From assembly GCA_964035545.1 (NCBI GenBank), contig OZ037765.1, forward strand, positions 33,231,504 through 33,295,503: a DNA stretch of 64,000 bases. The letters run 5' to 3'. Positions 41,801-53,065 of this stretch are shown here, piece after piece. The notes beneath the pieces were generated by a model. It had not been told where the DNA came from. It saw nothing but the letters and a program-made list of their open reading frames with translations, and searched no databases. Made by a program: the position numbers and the translations under genes. Every line of letters begins with the position of its first letter. The first letter of the stretch is position 1. The DNA is from Bugula neritina (lineage: Eukaryota > Animalia > Bryozoa).

Positions 41801-43419
41801 CTCAGGCTACATAAGTGACTATACTTTTTGAGGTGTCTTGCCTTAAATACCAGATCATTCATAAAAAGATAGAAATTATATTTAAAGCACTAAACAACTG
41901 GGAACACGTATGATGACCTTACAAAGGAAGTCCAATCAGTTTCTCTCAAAACTCTTAGAAGTTGAATCTAATGAAAGTAGTAGTCGGGTTTTGTTTGCAT
42001 GACTAAGGCATGGGACATTAAACTACCAGAAATAACACCAATAACATCATTAATGAGCTAAAAATTAAAAAGATCCTTCTAGTGGTATTTGTGTTGTGAC
42101 CAAGCATTTGAAACAGAAATATTTCTATAGTCTGGCAGAATTTATTAGCAAATTCAAACACATTGGAACACAACCATTGCTTGTGATTACAATGTATGTC
42201 ACTCATGTATGTCTAAACATAGTAATAAAAAGTCTGTGTTACAGAGAGAAGTGATTATGGCCAAAGAGGTATAGACAGATTTGATATCGGAGAATCACAG
42301 AAAGAGGGGGAGAGCGTCTCACCTCCATTTGCTAAAGTTCCCAGATTAGAAGATGTTGAGGCTAAGAATCAACTGAACTATGATGACCTGTTAGTGATGA
42401 AATCTAGCATGGAGTGTGAGTAATAAATGTACATGTTATATCATACCATATAGAATATATGATGATGGTTTTTGTGTGAATGGTGCTTGAAAATACAACA
42501 AAGGTGATAATTCTCGTGATTTATTATAATTCAACTAGCTGGGAAATCCCTATAATTCAAACATCAAAACAGTTTCATTTCCTAAGTGTGAGAATATGTT
42601 TAAATAAATCTACTTGTAGAAATCATATCAGTGTTAGACTGCGTGTAATGCGCTATATTTACTGTGTGTTTTTGGTAGCATTCATATCAAAGATTCATCC
42701 TGAGTGTGGATCTCTAATGATTAGAGCTCTTGTATCCTCCATGTATAGACATGCCTGTCACCATGACCTCTACACTATATTCAAACAAGTAAGTGTAGAA
42801 AGCAAACTGTTTGAATATATTTGAGGATTCATTTAGATCTCTGCACGAGCAGTACTAGGAGTATAACTAAAGAAAGTATCAACACATTGTGTTCTACCTG
42901 TGTGCTTTTACATCACTCTAACTGCATATACTTTTAAAAAAACTGATAACTTCTTAATAGCAGGAATATTTTTCTTGCAATGCTAACTCAAAGATATTAA
43001 TGAGTCAGTGTTAGTGAAACTAATATACAAAGCCTATAAACTCGGGAGGAGGGGGGAGGGGAGAACATTGTGTAAAAGTGTAACTTGTGTATTTATAATC
43101 ACTATAATTGTTTTGTTGAGAGTGTCTCAAGATGTCTCCTGTCTACCCAATACCGAGCTTCCATTATCATGTTTGCTAATTACTAGCTGTTGTTTTACTG
43201 GTGAATTTTTGACTGGTAGACAAAGTACATCATAATAAGACTAATTCTATTTCCTGCTCTTATCTGTTTCTTCAGGTGCAGACTAAATTGAGAAAACTGT
43301 GTGTAGATCGGGATTTTGAGAGTGGAGGACAGTTGGTTGTAGTCTGGGATACTCTCACTCATATGAGAAAACTTTACCTGTTTCCTGGGTTTAATGGCTA
43401 CAAAAGAGAAGATGACTAA
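35887..43419 (+). CDS. MAP3K (MEKK2/3-like) Ser/Thr kinase fused to a caspase (p20+p10) domain; 12 exons, 599 aa
   Basis: Exons 35887-35899, 36495-36619, 36933-37032, 37591-37764, 38186-38360, 38803-39038, 39668-39825, 39908-40078, 40997-41219, 42245-42415, 42679-42788, 43276-43419. All are GT-AG, all phases match, total 1800 nt. Kinase motifs: GHGSFG, VAVK, KEV, HRDVKGSN, DFG, WMAPE, YGRKVDIWS. Caspase motifs: RGRALIINN, RKGSDMD, MTHG, GKPKVVILETCSG, GSLMIRAL, RKLYLFPG. Confidence 0.88.
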
Positions 43420-43528
43420 TAAATCAGAATCACTGTACGACATCTGCTTACAGCTATTCCATACTGTAAATAATTATATACTCTTACTGTATGTGAACAA
43501 TTTCTCAAATGTTATTCAAGTACAAACT

Positions 43529-43564
43529 CATTGAACTATAAAGGGTTATAGTTTCAGTTCAGTG
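43529..43564. mobile_element. 36 bp P-element end-only footprint in the kinase-caspase 3' region
   Basis: CATTGAACTATAA (left end at 30453) joined to AGGGTTATAGTTTCAGTTCAGTG (right end at 32650-32672), flanked by 8 bp direct TACAAACT (43521-43528, 43565-43572). Confidence 0.85.
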
Positions 43565-44955
43565 TACAAACTAAATTAAGAAAACCGTCTATGAATGAAA
43601 TGTTTGTTATAGTCTGAGATACTCTCACTCATATGAGAAAACTTTACCTGCTCAATGATTGCTAGAGAGAGGATGACTCTTGCATTATATACATAATTAA
43701 GTTCCAGCCTTTAAAAACTCTTTTAGGCGATTTTGTTTCAAGTTATCAATTTGAGTGGCTCAACTCTGAAGACTTGGAAGCAATATTTAGTCACAACTTG
43801 CAGTGTTGGCATTTTAATATTTGTTGACCCAATGGAGACTTGAAAGTTACTGAAAAATGTAACATAAGTCTAACGCTAAAATATTTCAACGACAGTTTTT
43901 TTATACACATTTTTGTTATTGTCAATTGAAGAATCCATGAGAGAGTATTAAAATTCATATATACCTTAGCAATTGCCTACTGACTGCTTGCTGCTCAAAC
44001 CATTTTGTTGAATATTAAATTGGTTTGTAATTTCTGGTGGCGCCTCAGATTGGCCTAAACAGTCTGTAAATGAAAGCTAATGTATATAAAGATATTTTAA
44101 TACCACATGAGTAAAACTTACCATGGATTCTTCAACATTATACCTACAATGTCCTGAGTGTATTTTAATTTTAGTATTAGATAAAATGCTATGAGTAACA
44201 CTTCAGAATTACAAGAAATCATTATACTTTTCTCATTCCTGGGCCATAAATTTTTCATGGTTTTCTCTCTTGCCTCATTTTCAGCACCATATTCTATGTA
44301 CATTGCTACTTTGAAATTACACTGTATAAGCCGCTTTATTTAAAATATTTTAGAGCTACTATATAATATCACCATATTAATATTAGTAACTTTACTAATA
44401 TTAACATAATATAAGGATATAATATATTTATACACTTACATATTAGCTAAACACTACGTTGCATTATCAGTAACTGTACCACAAGTTAATTCATTTACCT
44501 TATTCTGTAGTCTAAAATAAAACACATTTAAATATATTTTTGCACAGCAAGTACAGGAAGTGCACTAACAAATACATAAAAAATAAACTAAACAACATAA
44601 TTATTGCTCAAAAAATTGTATAAACAGCAAAATTAAAGCTAGTATTGTATACGTGGAGAAAATCTTATCAATGCAATCAATACTCACAAATATTATTGTA
44701 TACAACACTTTATTTCGAGCAAAACTAACAAACATAAGGCTATTTTATGTATTGTAGCCAACAGGCTGAAAATAGAGCTAAGAATCCAACATTAGAAAAA
44801 CAAATAATAATAAATCTATGGCAACCATTAGCAGCCTTGAGTTCCAATTGGTTCCATGCGTTTTGAGCAGAACTTAGATTACTTCGACAGCGAACTATTT
44901 TATTGATTTTCTCATAAAAACTGTTTAAAAACAGTAAAGTAGTAACTGAACTGAA

Positions 44956-45165
44956 GGGAGCAGCCGTGGTCTAGGGGTTAGAGCGTTTGTCTAGTAAACA
45001 CGAGGTGATGAGTTCGAGCTTAGACAAAGACCATTGGTGATGTTAGGAAGAGCATCCAGTCATAATTGCCCCTGCATGTGCATCATTTAAATAAGTCCTT
45101 AGCCCGCTTTAACAAAAACCCTTTCTATTGCAGGGGTTTTCTCACAGGCATAACGACTATAAACT
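44956..45165 (+). mobile_element. tRNA-derived SINE-like element
   Basis: A-box-like TGGTCTAGGGG and B-box-like GTTCGAGC, then body CCATTGGTGATGTTAGGAAGAGCATCCAG. A reverse-strand copy lies at approx. 47460-47640. Confidence 0.7.
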
Positions 45166-45725
45166 TGCATGAGTTTTTTAAGTGATAACTGAACAAAATT
45201 GTCAATTACATAAATTAGATTTAGCTACTTAACAATATGCTGAATACATTGGATTTTTCTGCAGCTTTTATAAGTGGTGGACGTCAAAATGAGTGTTCAT
45301 AGAGAAAAGAGATAATGCAGTTATGTTTGTATAATGCCTATTAATATCTTTCCAATTTTCACAATAATTAAATAATATAATAAGCAATGTTTGTTATGGT
45401 TCCACTGTAGAGTATAATTGTCATATACTTATAGTAACTAGAATTATTATTCTTTGATTTTTTTTCCAAGTGTAAATATTACAATAGTAAAGAGTAGACC
45501 TGTACGTTTTACTCGAGCTGCAGAGTTACTTCCTCTCTTTTTACAATAGTAAATATAGTTAACCAATCCTGAGAGTGAGTCGGGAATAGCACGTGCAGTT
45601 TGCCGCGTTCTGAATCAACGAATATACTTGATAGATTTTTTTTCAAGAAAAGATTTATCCACTTTGATTTCTTGTCAAGATTTATATTCTTTTAACTTTC
45701 GACATATACTGATTCTTTAGTTGAT

Positions 45726-48700
45726 ATGCGCTTGCCAAAGAACTCCAGTGTTACTAGACATGTATGCCATAGAGACAACACACGTGCACAAAAATTCCGG
45801 TTCAACTTGGAGGGCAAAGCATTTTCTCAACAGTTTTCAAAGTTTTATGAAGCTCGGCTAAGAAAAACGTCTCCTCGTCTTGAAAGTTCAGCTAAGCAGA
45901 AATGGGGTTAGTACTCTGTCACCTAATGACTAAGAGTAACTGAAGTGTGAGTTGCAATTTAATTTAAATTTCTTGCTCATTGCTATTGAAACTGAAAAAC
46001 AATAATCTGACTCTCACTCTCACTCTGGATCGTTAAACTTGAAATTCAAATTGAATTAAATTCAAAGTGTTAATAGTGAATTATTAGATTAAAACTTACT
46101 CTTACACGACTTACAGTCTCAGTAACTAAACACTTTGAAATTTAGGATTGAGTTAGTAAACTAGTTTTTAGACTAGCCGTAACTGGAAGTAATGATAAGT
46201 ATTGGCAATGGCTATTGCAATTAGTATTACTGAATTACTATTAGTGAATTACATTTACTCACTTTACTGTTACAGTTATAGTTAATAAAATTTTGATATC
46301 TTCTTCTAGTAATCTACTTTCAGCATGTACTGTCAGTGCAAAAGAAGAAAGTAATTTGAAATGAGTTTTTTGAACTTATTATATACAAAGCCTCAAAATG
46401 ATAATTATAATGAATTGAGATAATAAAGTGATTAGTAGTGCAATTATATTTATATTAATATTTTTAATTATAATAATCCTGTTAACAATTTTTAATCTCA
46501 AACATTTTCCTTTACACAATTAACGTAATTGTTTAAGTATTTGTAATCATATTGATATTGGAACTTTAAATTATTTGAATTCATAACAATTGTTGGCTTT
46601 ACTTTCAAAATCAATATGATGTAAATTGCAGCTAGATGATGGTATGTTCTACATTGCTGGTGCTAATATTTTTCTATTGTGGTTATTATTTGAGTCTGTT
46701 GAAAGCATAAATAAAATGCCAGCCATCACACATAGTCTAAAGCTACATATTATTTTACATATAAACTTAGAACCTTGTATAAACAGCTAGTGCCATGTCA
46801 CAGGTTCTGATATCCCTATACGCCAAGTATGTCACGTGGTGAGTGGAGAGACCTGTATTCTCATTGGTACCATATTCAAGGAGATGAAACTGCAGCCCAG
46901 TGTTTTAAAGGAGTTGAGTGATGACCTAAATCTTCTTCCTCAGCCAATCAGAGATAACTATACATCTGAAGATGATGTGCTGTACCTGGAAGATATGTTA
47001 CAACGTATTGTATTGGTTGGCGACATAGTGGGTGATGAGTTAGTAACAGGTATAAGATAAAGACAGCGTGTTTATTGTTTTTATTTATTTCGTTTAGTTA
47101 TTACAAGACACTAATACAGTGTATAACTAGTTTCTAAAAGTCAAGTAATACTGTAACAGTTCTGTTTAGATTTGTCTTTTAAAAATCATAATGGCATACA
47201 AATAAACTTTATTTTCTTGGAAACTCTTCAATGTAGACAGACTTTGATATTCCCAACAGGAGTGAATATAGCAGTTAAGGGAGTAGAAAGGGGAGATAAC
47301 CCTGGACACTTTACAGTAGAAGATATCTGCTTTTTGAACTTATCACCGTGTCTCCCGCCATCTGGTACAGAGGAGAGGTTAGAAGTTATTCTCTCTTGTA
47401 TCTGTAGCACAGTATATATTTTACTATTTACTAATTCAAGTTTAAAGTCACTATCCCTGTGAGAACCTCTCATAAAAAGGGTTTTTATTTTATTTCAAAA
47501 CAGGTTAAGGGCTTATTCATATGCAGCTTAGAAGCAATTGTGATTGGATGCTCTTCCTAACATCACCTGGTGTTTTGACTCAAACTATGACCTCATGTGT
47601 ATTAGGCTAGCACTTTAAACACTGCACCTAAACTCTTCCCTATTTCTGTACTATGCTTTTTAAAACCATGAAGCCTCTAAGTTTTTAGATTTATCTGTTA
47701 ACATGAGTAAATGTTTTGTGAATTGTTACAGTGAAGTGCTGCTGGTCTGTGGTTTAGAGTTTGGTGGTGCTAAGGCTACACAGCTGTCTCTACAGCTTCT
47801 CTCAGACTATGTAAGTGGAGGTCTGGGAGAGACAGAAGACGTCAGTAAGGTTTGTAGAGTCATCATTGTGGGAGATTCTGTCGGGAAAGAAGTACATGAT
47901 AAAGATCAGCATTACAAGGTACTTACACTTAGTACTACATTGTACTTACACTGAGTACTACAAGATACTTACACTTAGTACTACATTGTACTTAAACTGA
48001 GTGCTACATTGTACTTACACTGAGTACTACAATGTACTTACACTTAGTACTACATTGTACTTACACTGAGTACTACAAGGTATATTATACATAGTACTGT
48101 ATATTACACTGTATATTACACTGTATATTATACATAGTACTGTATATTACACTGTATATTACACTGTATATTACACTGTATATTACACTGAGTACTATAT
48201 ATTACACATAGTCCTGTATATCACACTGCAGGCAAAGTACCTCACTAAGAACATCATAGCTGGCAGTGTTGATGCTGTAAAACAGCTAAACTCATACATA
48301 GAAAATCTCACTCAACATGTTCCAGTTACAATAATGCCAGGAGAGTACGACCCTAGCAACTATACCTTACCTCAGCAGCCTCTGCACCCTTGTATGTTCA
48401 CTGACAGTACGGGACGACTGGAGACCGCCCCCAATCCTTATGAATGTGAAATTGAAGGCACTCAGTAAGTGTTTGCCAATTTGTTAATATTATGGGCACA
48501 CGCTAGATGTTATAGTTGGTTTTTAAACAAAGTTTTTATGAAAAGTGTTTTAGTTGACTATAGAAAAGTTTGAATAGTCCGTTATGTTTTGTAGCCTCAG
48601 TTTTACACAATATTATCTGTAGTCTGAGATTCTTCTCATTTCTGTAGTATTTTGGGACACTCCGGGCAGCCCACCAACAATATAATGAAGTTCAGCAAAC

Positions 48701-50830
48701 TGAAGAGCAGTTCCCAGGTGCTAAGGAAGTGCCTTGAGTGGGGACACATAGCACCTACAGCTCCCGATACTCTTGGTAGTTATCTCCACATATTCTCTCT
48801 TCTGTACTTTGGAGTTGTCTGTACCTCTGTACATTAGAGTTGTCTGTACTTCGGTACATTAGAGTTGTCTACCTACAGTAATAAGCTCGAGTCACAAGGG
48901 AAACAACAAGGACGGTAGAAATGTTGCAAAAATAAAAAAAAATTAAAGGGAAGAAGTGGAATTGTTGGGGAAATAAAAATTTAAGTTTTCTAAAATTCTC
49001 AAACATATAAAAGGTGAAATCTCCTTTAAACTTTTGAAATAGTCACTGTTTTATTCAAAAGTGATAACAATCTTCCCATCTGTACTGTGTGGACAATTCC
49101 CTTAATACTCAAACTATTCACCAGATAACTAACTGTGACCTAATCACTAGCTGTATAGTCTAATTCTCTGTCCTTTACAGCCTCCTACCCTTACAGTGAA
49201 GATGATCCTTTTATTATTGGGAGTTGCCCTCACTTGTTCTTTGCTGGAAATCAGAATAGTCTAGAAGCTGAGTATTTCACTCAAGGTTAGTGATGTCATT
49301 GTAGCCTTGATGTACATCATTATATCTACACATGAGTTGTGTGGCTTTAATGTTCGTATAAGTTATTGAAAGTTGAGTGTAACTTTGCTATTCTAGTGTA
49401 TTGTGACCAAATGCCATAAAAACTATTTGAGTGAATTGGTATTTATTAGTGAAATAGTTTTGTATGCATTACTTCGGTTTTTTATTGAAACCGTATAAAC
49501 AACTCATATCAATTTGACATTTGAATTAGCCATCTAAACTTATTGTTAGGCAGATAATAAACCAACAGATTCTATTGGTCAGACTTGTGTCTACTGTTTC
49601 CTCTTTCTCACTGTTGCACAACTTTAGCTAGCCTTAGTGGATCTCCCTTCTAGTTTGGGGTTTGAGGTCAGTGAGTTGTCTTTTCCGCCCCCTTTTAGTC
49701 TTGCTCTTTTGCATCCACCACTGGCTGTAGAGTTGTCTTTCAGATAACTGCAGACGGAAGATGACTTACTACACACATAACACTATTCTGTTCATTAGAA
49801 AGACAACTCCTTCGTCACTGGTTTTACTTAACGAGACATAACTGAGAATTACTCACTGAGATTCTATTCTCAACTTCAACTTTGTTCTTAATTTTAATCA
49901 CTTAACATTCAAAATAATTTATTTCCACTTCAGAGCCATTTTCAATGCAGACGACTGGCTCAGTGTGGTAGCATATCTCATTCACACTGTCTATTATTAT
50001 ATTATATCACAGCTCTGTCATGTATTCTGTTATCATTTCCTCTCTGGGGACAAAGTCAGTAACATTTAGATACTCTAACAGTTATGGGACACTGCACCGT
50101 GTCTTACTATTACGTGTCTCACTATTACGTGTATGATTTGCATGCACTGTAACTACTGTGTGGTAACACCTACTACACACTCAACTTGTTGATAGCTTGA
50201 TACATTTGTAACCATGACAACATACAATCAAATGCAGCCTTTTTTTCAACTTTTCTACCTATATTCAGTAATTATTGCTACCTGGTCATTTATTAAAAAT
50301 TCTTATCTGAGAAGATTCTATGGTTTTCTAAAAGTTGTATATAAAAAAAGTATTTCACAGGAATTTACTGAACTTTGAGTTGGTATTACATTAGTTACAT
50401 TAGCTCTGTTTATGTGGAGACCATCATGTGACCAGCCAGCTTGCTGTCACTTGTCAGTCTATCTGTGGTATCATACTGGTAGAGTCTATTACCACTCTGT
50501 CTCCAGTATTACCACTCTATCTCCAGTATTACCACTCTGTCTCCGGTATCACCACTCTGTCTCCAGTACTGCAAGTTTTAATTGACGGTTAGAAAACTTT
50601 TTGCTGTCTGGTTTTATTTAAGAGACTGAGACATGCTCTATCCTTGTCAAATACTCTTGTTTATGTGAGTACTGAAATGCTATTTTCTAATACGTTGTCT
50701 TGTTTTCTCAGGTGATGGCCGCTGTCTATGTTTGGCGCTGCCCAAGTTCTCAGAAACCGGCATCTGTGTCAAGGTCAATTTGAAAACTTTAGCTTGGGAA
50801 CCTATATGTTTTTCTGTTGGGCCGATGTGA
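45726..50830 (+). CDS. POLD2: DNA polymerase delta subunit 2, 8 exons
   Basis: Exons approx. 45726-45906, 46805-47049, 47260-47376, 47732-47918, 48232-48464, 48648-48775, 49181-49285, 50712-50830. Motifs LIGTIFKEMKLQPSVLKE, LEDMLQRI, RVIIVGDS, MPGEYDPSNYTLPQQPLHPCMF, GTSGQ, WGHIAPTAPDTL, PHLFFAGNQ. Confidence 0.95.
47460..47640 (-). mobile_element. SINE-like copy in POLD2 intron 3
   Basis: TGGATGCTCTTCCTAACATCACC is the reverse complement of the body at 45037-45059. Confidence 0.65.
47919..48231 (+). repeat. POLD2 intron 4 composed of two repeat arrays (22 bp donor-side, 12 bp acceptor-side)
   Basis: GTACTTACACT(T/G)AGTACTACA(TT/AG) units run from the donor. TATATTACACTG units run into TCACACTGCAG. 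Confidence 0.9.
50488..50568. repeat. 20 bp tandem repeat x4 (ATTACCACTCTGTCTCCAGT)
   Basis: Directly visible in the last POLD2 intron. Confidence 0.85.
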
Positions 50831-51601
50831 AGGACAGACTGTAAGATGGTATATATTATGTAAACTCTAAGGCTAGTTCTATCTTATGCCTTGCATGTAT
50901 AATGTGTATATTGTGTATTCTAAATGATAAGGAGCTGTGTGTTGAGAGTGCTGTACAATGTGTATTTAGCTCTGTTATATATACATTATTCACAACATGA
51001 AAGACAATATAGAAGATGTAGGTTAACAATATACAATGTACAAAATAAATCACTAGAATATAGTCACCATGTTATAATATAATTATTCTGCTCTGTACAA
51101 AGGAAAACAATAAAATTATTTCATAACATGTAAATGGATGTATTATAATTATACACTCATCCATTAGCTTGGAAAATACAATATTATAAATATAGATTTG
51201 GAGTACATAATATATTGTTGAAAAGCTTGAATATAGTGTTTATAAGACTAGAATGTGTCGTTATTAGGAGTTATGCCTCCCGTCAATCAAGTAATGATGC
51301 AATATAGCCTGATACAGGTGTGTTGTCCGTCTTATCACAACTGAAATAGTTACAAATTCTATCAGTTTTCTACTGGACACTTGAAAATCTCCATGCATGA
51401 TAATACTAACATGTAAGAGCACTAGATAATGACAAGATATTGGACAATTAAGTTTTTATGTAATGTGAACAATGCATATGCTACTTGTGTCCACACCTCT
51501 AACCTTGCAACTGTGCGCTACTAATCAATATTCATAACATTAGATCAGTGGGTTAATGTGCAATGATCATTAGTATCATATATTAGAGCTAATATATTAG
51601 C

Positions 51602-52108
51602 TTAGGAGTTGGTATCGCCTGCTGACACTGGGTCAGTGTCTGATGCCACTGGGTCAGCACGGCACTCCGTCATATTTCCGGCAGCGTCTAAATCGTACAC
51701 CAAGTCTTCTCCGCGCATTTCGCATATCGTGTTGGTGAGGGCCATAATGTAGTTCTTAGCCAGACTCAAAGTTTCTATCTTACTTAACTTTTGTTCGGCT
51801 TCTACATGAGGAATGACGCTACGTAGATCTTGGAATGCCCCGTTCAGGTTGTGCATACGTTGCCTTTCTCGCTCGTTACTTTCTAGCCTTCTAATATTTC
51901 TTTCTCTTGCGTTTACCCCTTTTCTTTTTCTACCAGCGCGTTTTGGTGTTTGTTTCTCTAAATGCGGGATGTGCGCACTAGAGTTGTATTCTGCTTCTCC
52001 ATTGGATGAGCTAGAGCACTGGGACTCCAAGGAGTTGCGATCTTTTTCGTCTGGACCTCTTAGCCATTCTAGGTTGTCTGATGTGATGTTGGAAGTCATC
52101 AATGCCAT
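51602..52108 (-). CDS. BHLHA15: Class A bHLH transcription factor, Mist1/dimmed family
   Basis: [58 protein letters not shown] is diagnostic of Mist1/Dimm. Single coding exon with an acceptor just upstream of the ATG. Confidence 0.9.
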   Translation of the reverse strand: MALMTSNITSDNLEWLRGPDEKDRNSLESQCSSSSNGEAEYNSSAHIPHLEKQTPKRAGRKRKGVNARERNIRRLESNERERQRMHNLNGAFQDLRSVIPHVEAEQKLSKIETLSLAKNYIMALTNTICEMRGEDLVYDLDAAGNMTECRADPVASDTDPVSAGDTNS

Positions 52109-52917
52109 TTTCTAAAACATTGCAAATTCATTTCTACATCTCTGAGTTCTATAGCTATAATAGATACTGTGACAGTTTTGTTGGTGATTTTTATTCACAG
52201 TGGAAGGATCTAACACGTGGCAGAATTCATGCTTGCTCAATGAAACCACAACATCTTGTATCTCACATTAATTATTATCACCATCCCTGGTAATGAGGGT
52301 TTCAGGTAGCTTACACATTGCCCCAAACCATACTAACAATTTGACCATCACTAATGGCTCCGCTAGAATTCAATTTACCAACCCGCCACACTAGTTTGGC
52401 ATTTTTTACCACTAGACCGCAACCACTTTCCTGCCTTTTTTAGCTATTTCAAATTTATTTTCATACAACCAGTATTTCTTAAAAATCATATACTTTTACA
52501 TTTAAATCTTGCACTATTTTTATTGAGCGCTTTATACAAACTCAATGTTGCAAAATTTCTAAAAGCAAGACTTGAAAAAAGGGAGACTCTCTATTGTCTG
52601 CATACCTCTTTTTCTTACAAACTCATAACATGAGTCCACAATATGTAAAATTTCAAGTTTTACTTCTCTAATTTTGTTATTGAATGAGCGTATTTAGATA
52701 CATTGAGTAAAGAAAATTAATAGAATGTAGAAAAATAATGTAAGCAGAGAACAACTGATGGAAACTATGTCAGTAATTACTGCAGATTGAGTCAAAAATT
52801 TATCACTGAACATTATATGCATATTTAACATTTCTGACTACAACTATAAACATCTACACAGAATTTAAAATTTTGTTTGCTAAATTGTTTCTGCTCTATA
52901 AATAAACTCAAAATTTC

Positions 52918-53065
52918 ATAGTGTCAAACTTCATGTCAACTTTATAAATACATTCAAAATTTGATTCTGTGAAACTACATGTCAACTCTATAAATACATT
53001 CAGAATTTGATTCTGTCAAACTGAATGCCAGCTCTATAAATACACTCAAATTTTATAGTATCAAA
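52918..53065. repeat. Approx. 48 bp tandem repeat x3
   Basis: AAACT..ATGTCAACT.TATAAATACA.TCA.AATTTGATTCTGT repeated. Confidence 0.75.

Noticed and set aside
34431-43564. Kinase-caspase gene as cargo of one composite P transposon
   Set aside because: Flanking sequences differ (GGTTTACC vs TACAAACT), and the downstream footprint has its own complete TSD pair, so these are independent insertions.
44956-45030. Functional tRNA gene
   Set aside because: A/B-box-like motifs are present but no convincing cloverleaf, and it continues into a body repeated elsewhere in the window, so a SINE is more likely.
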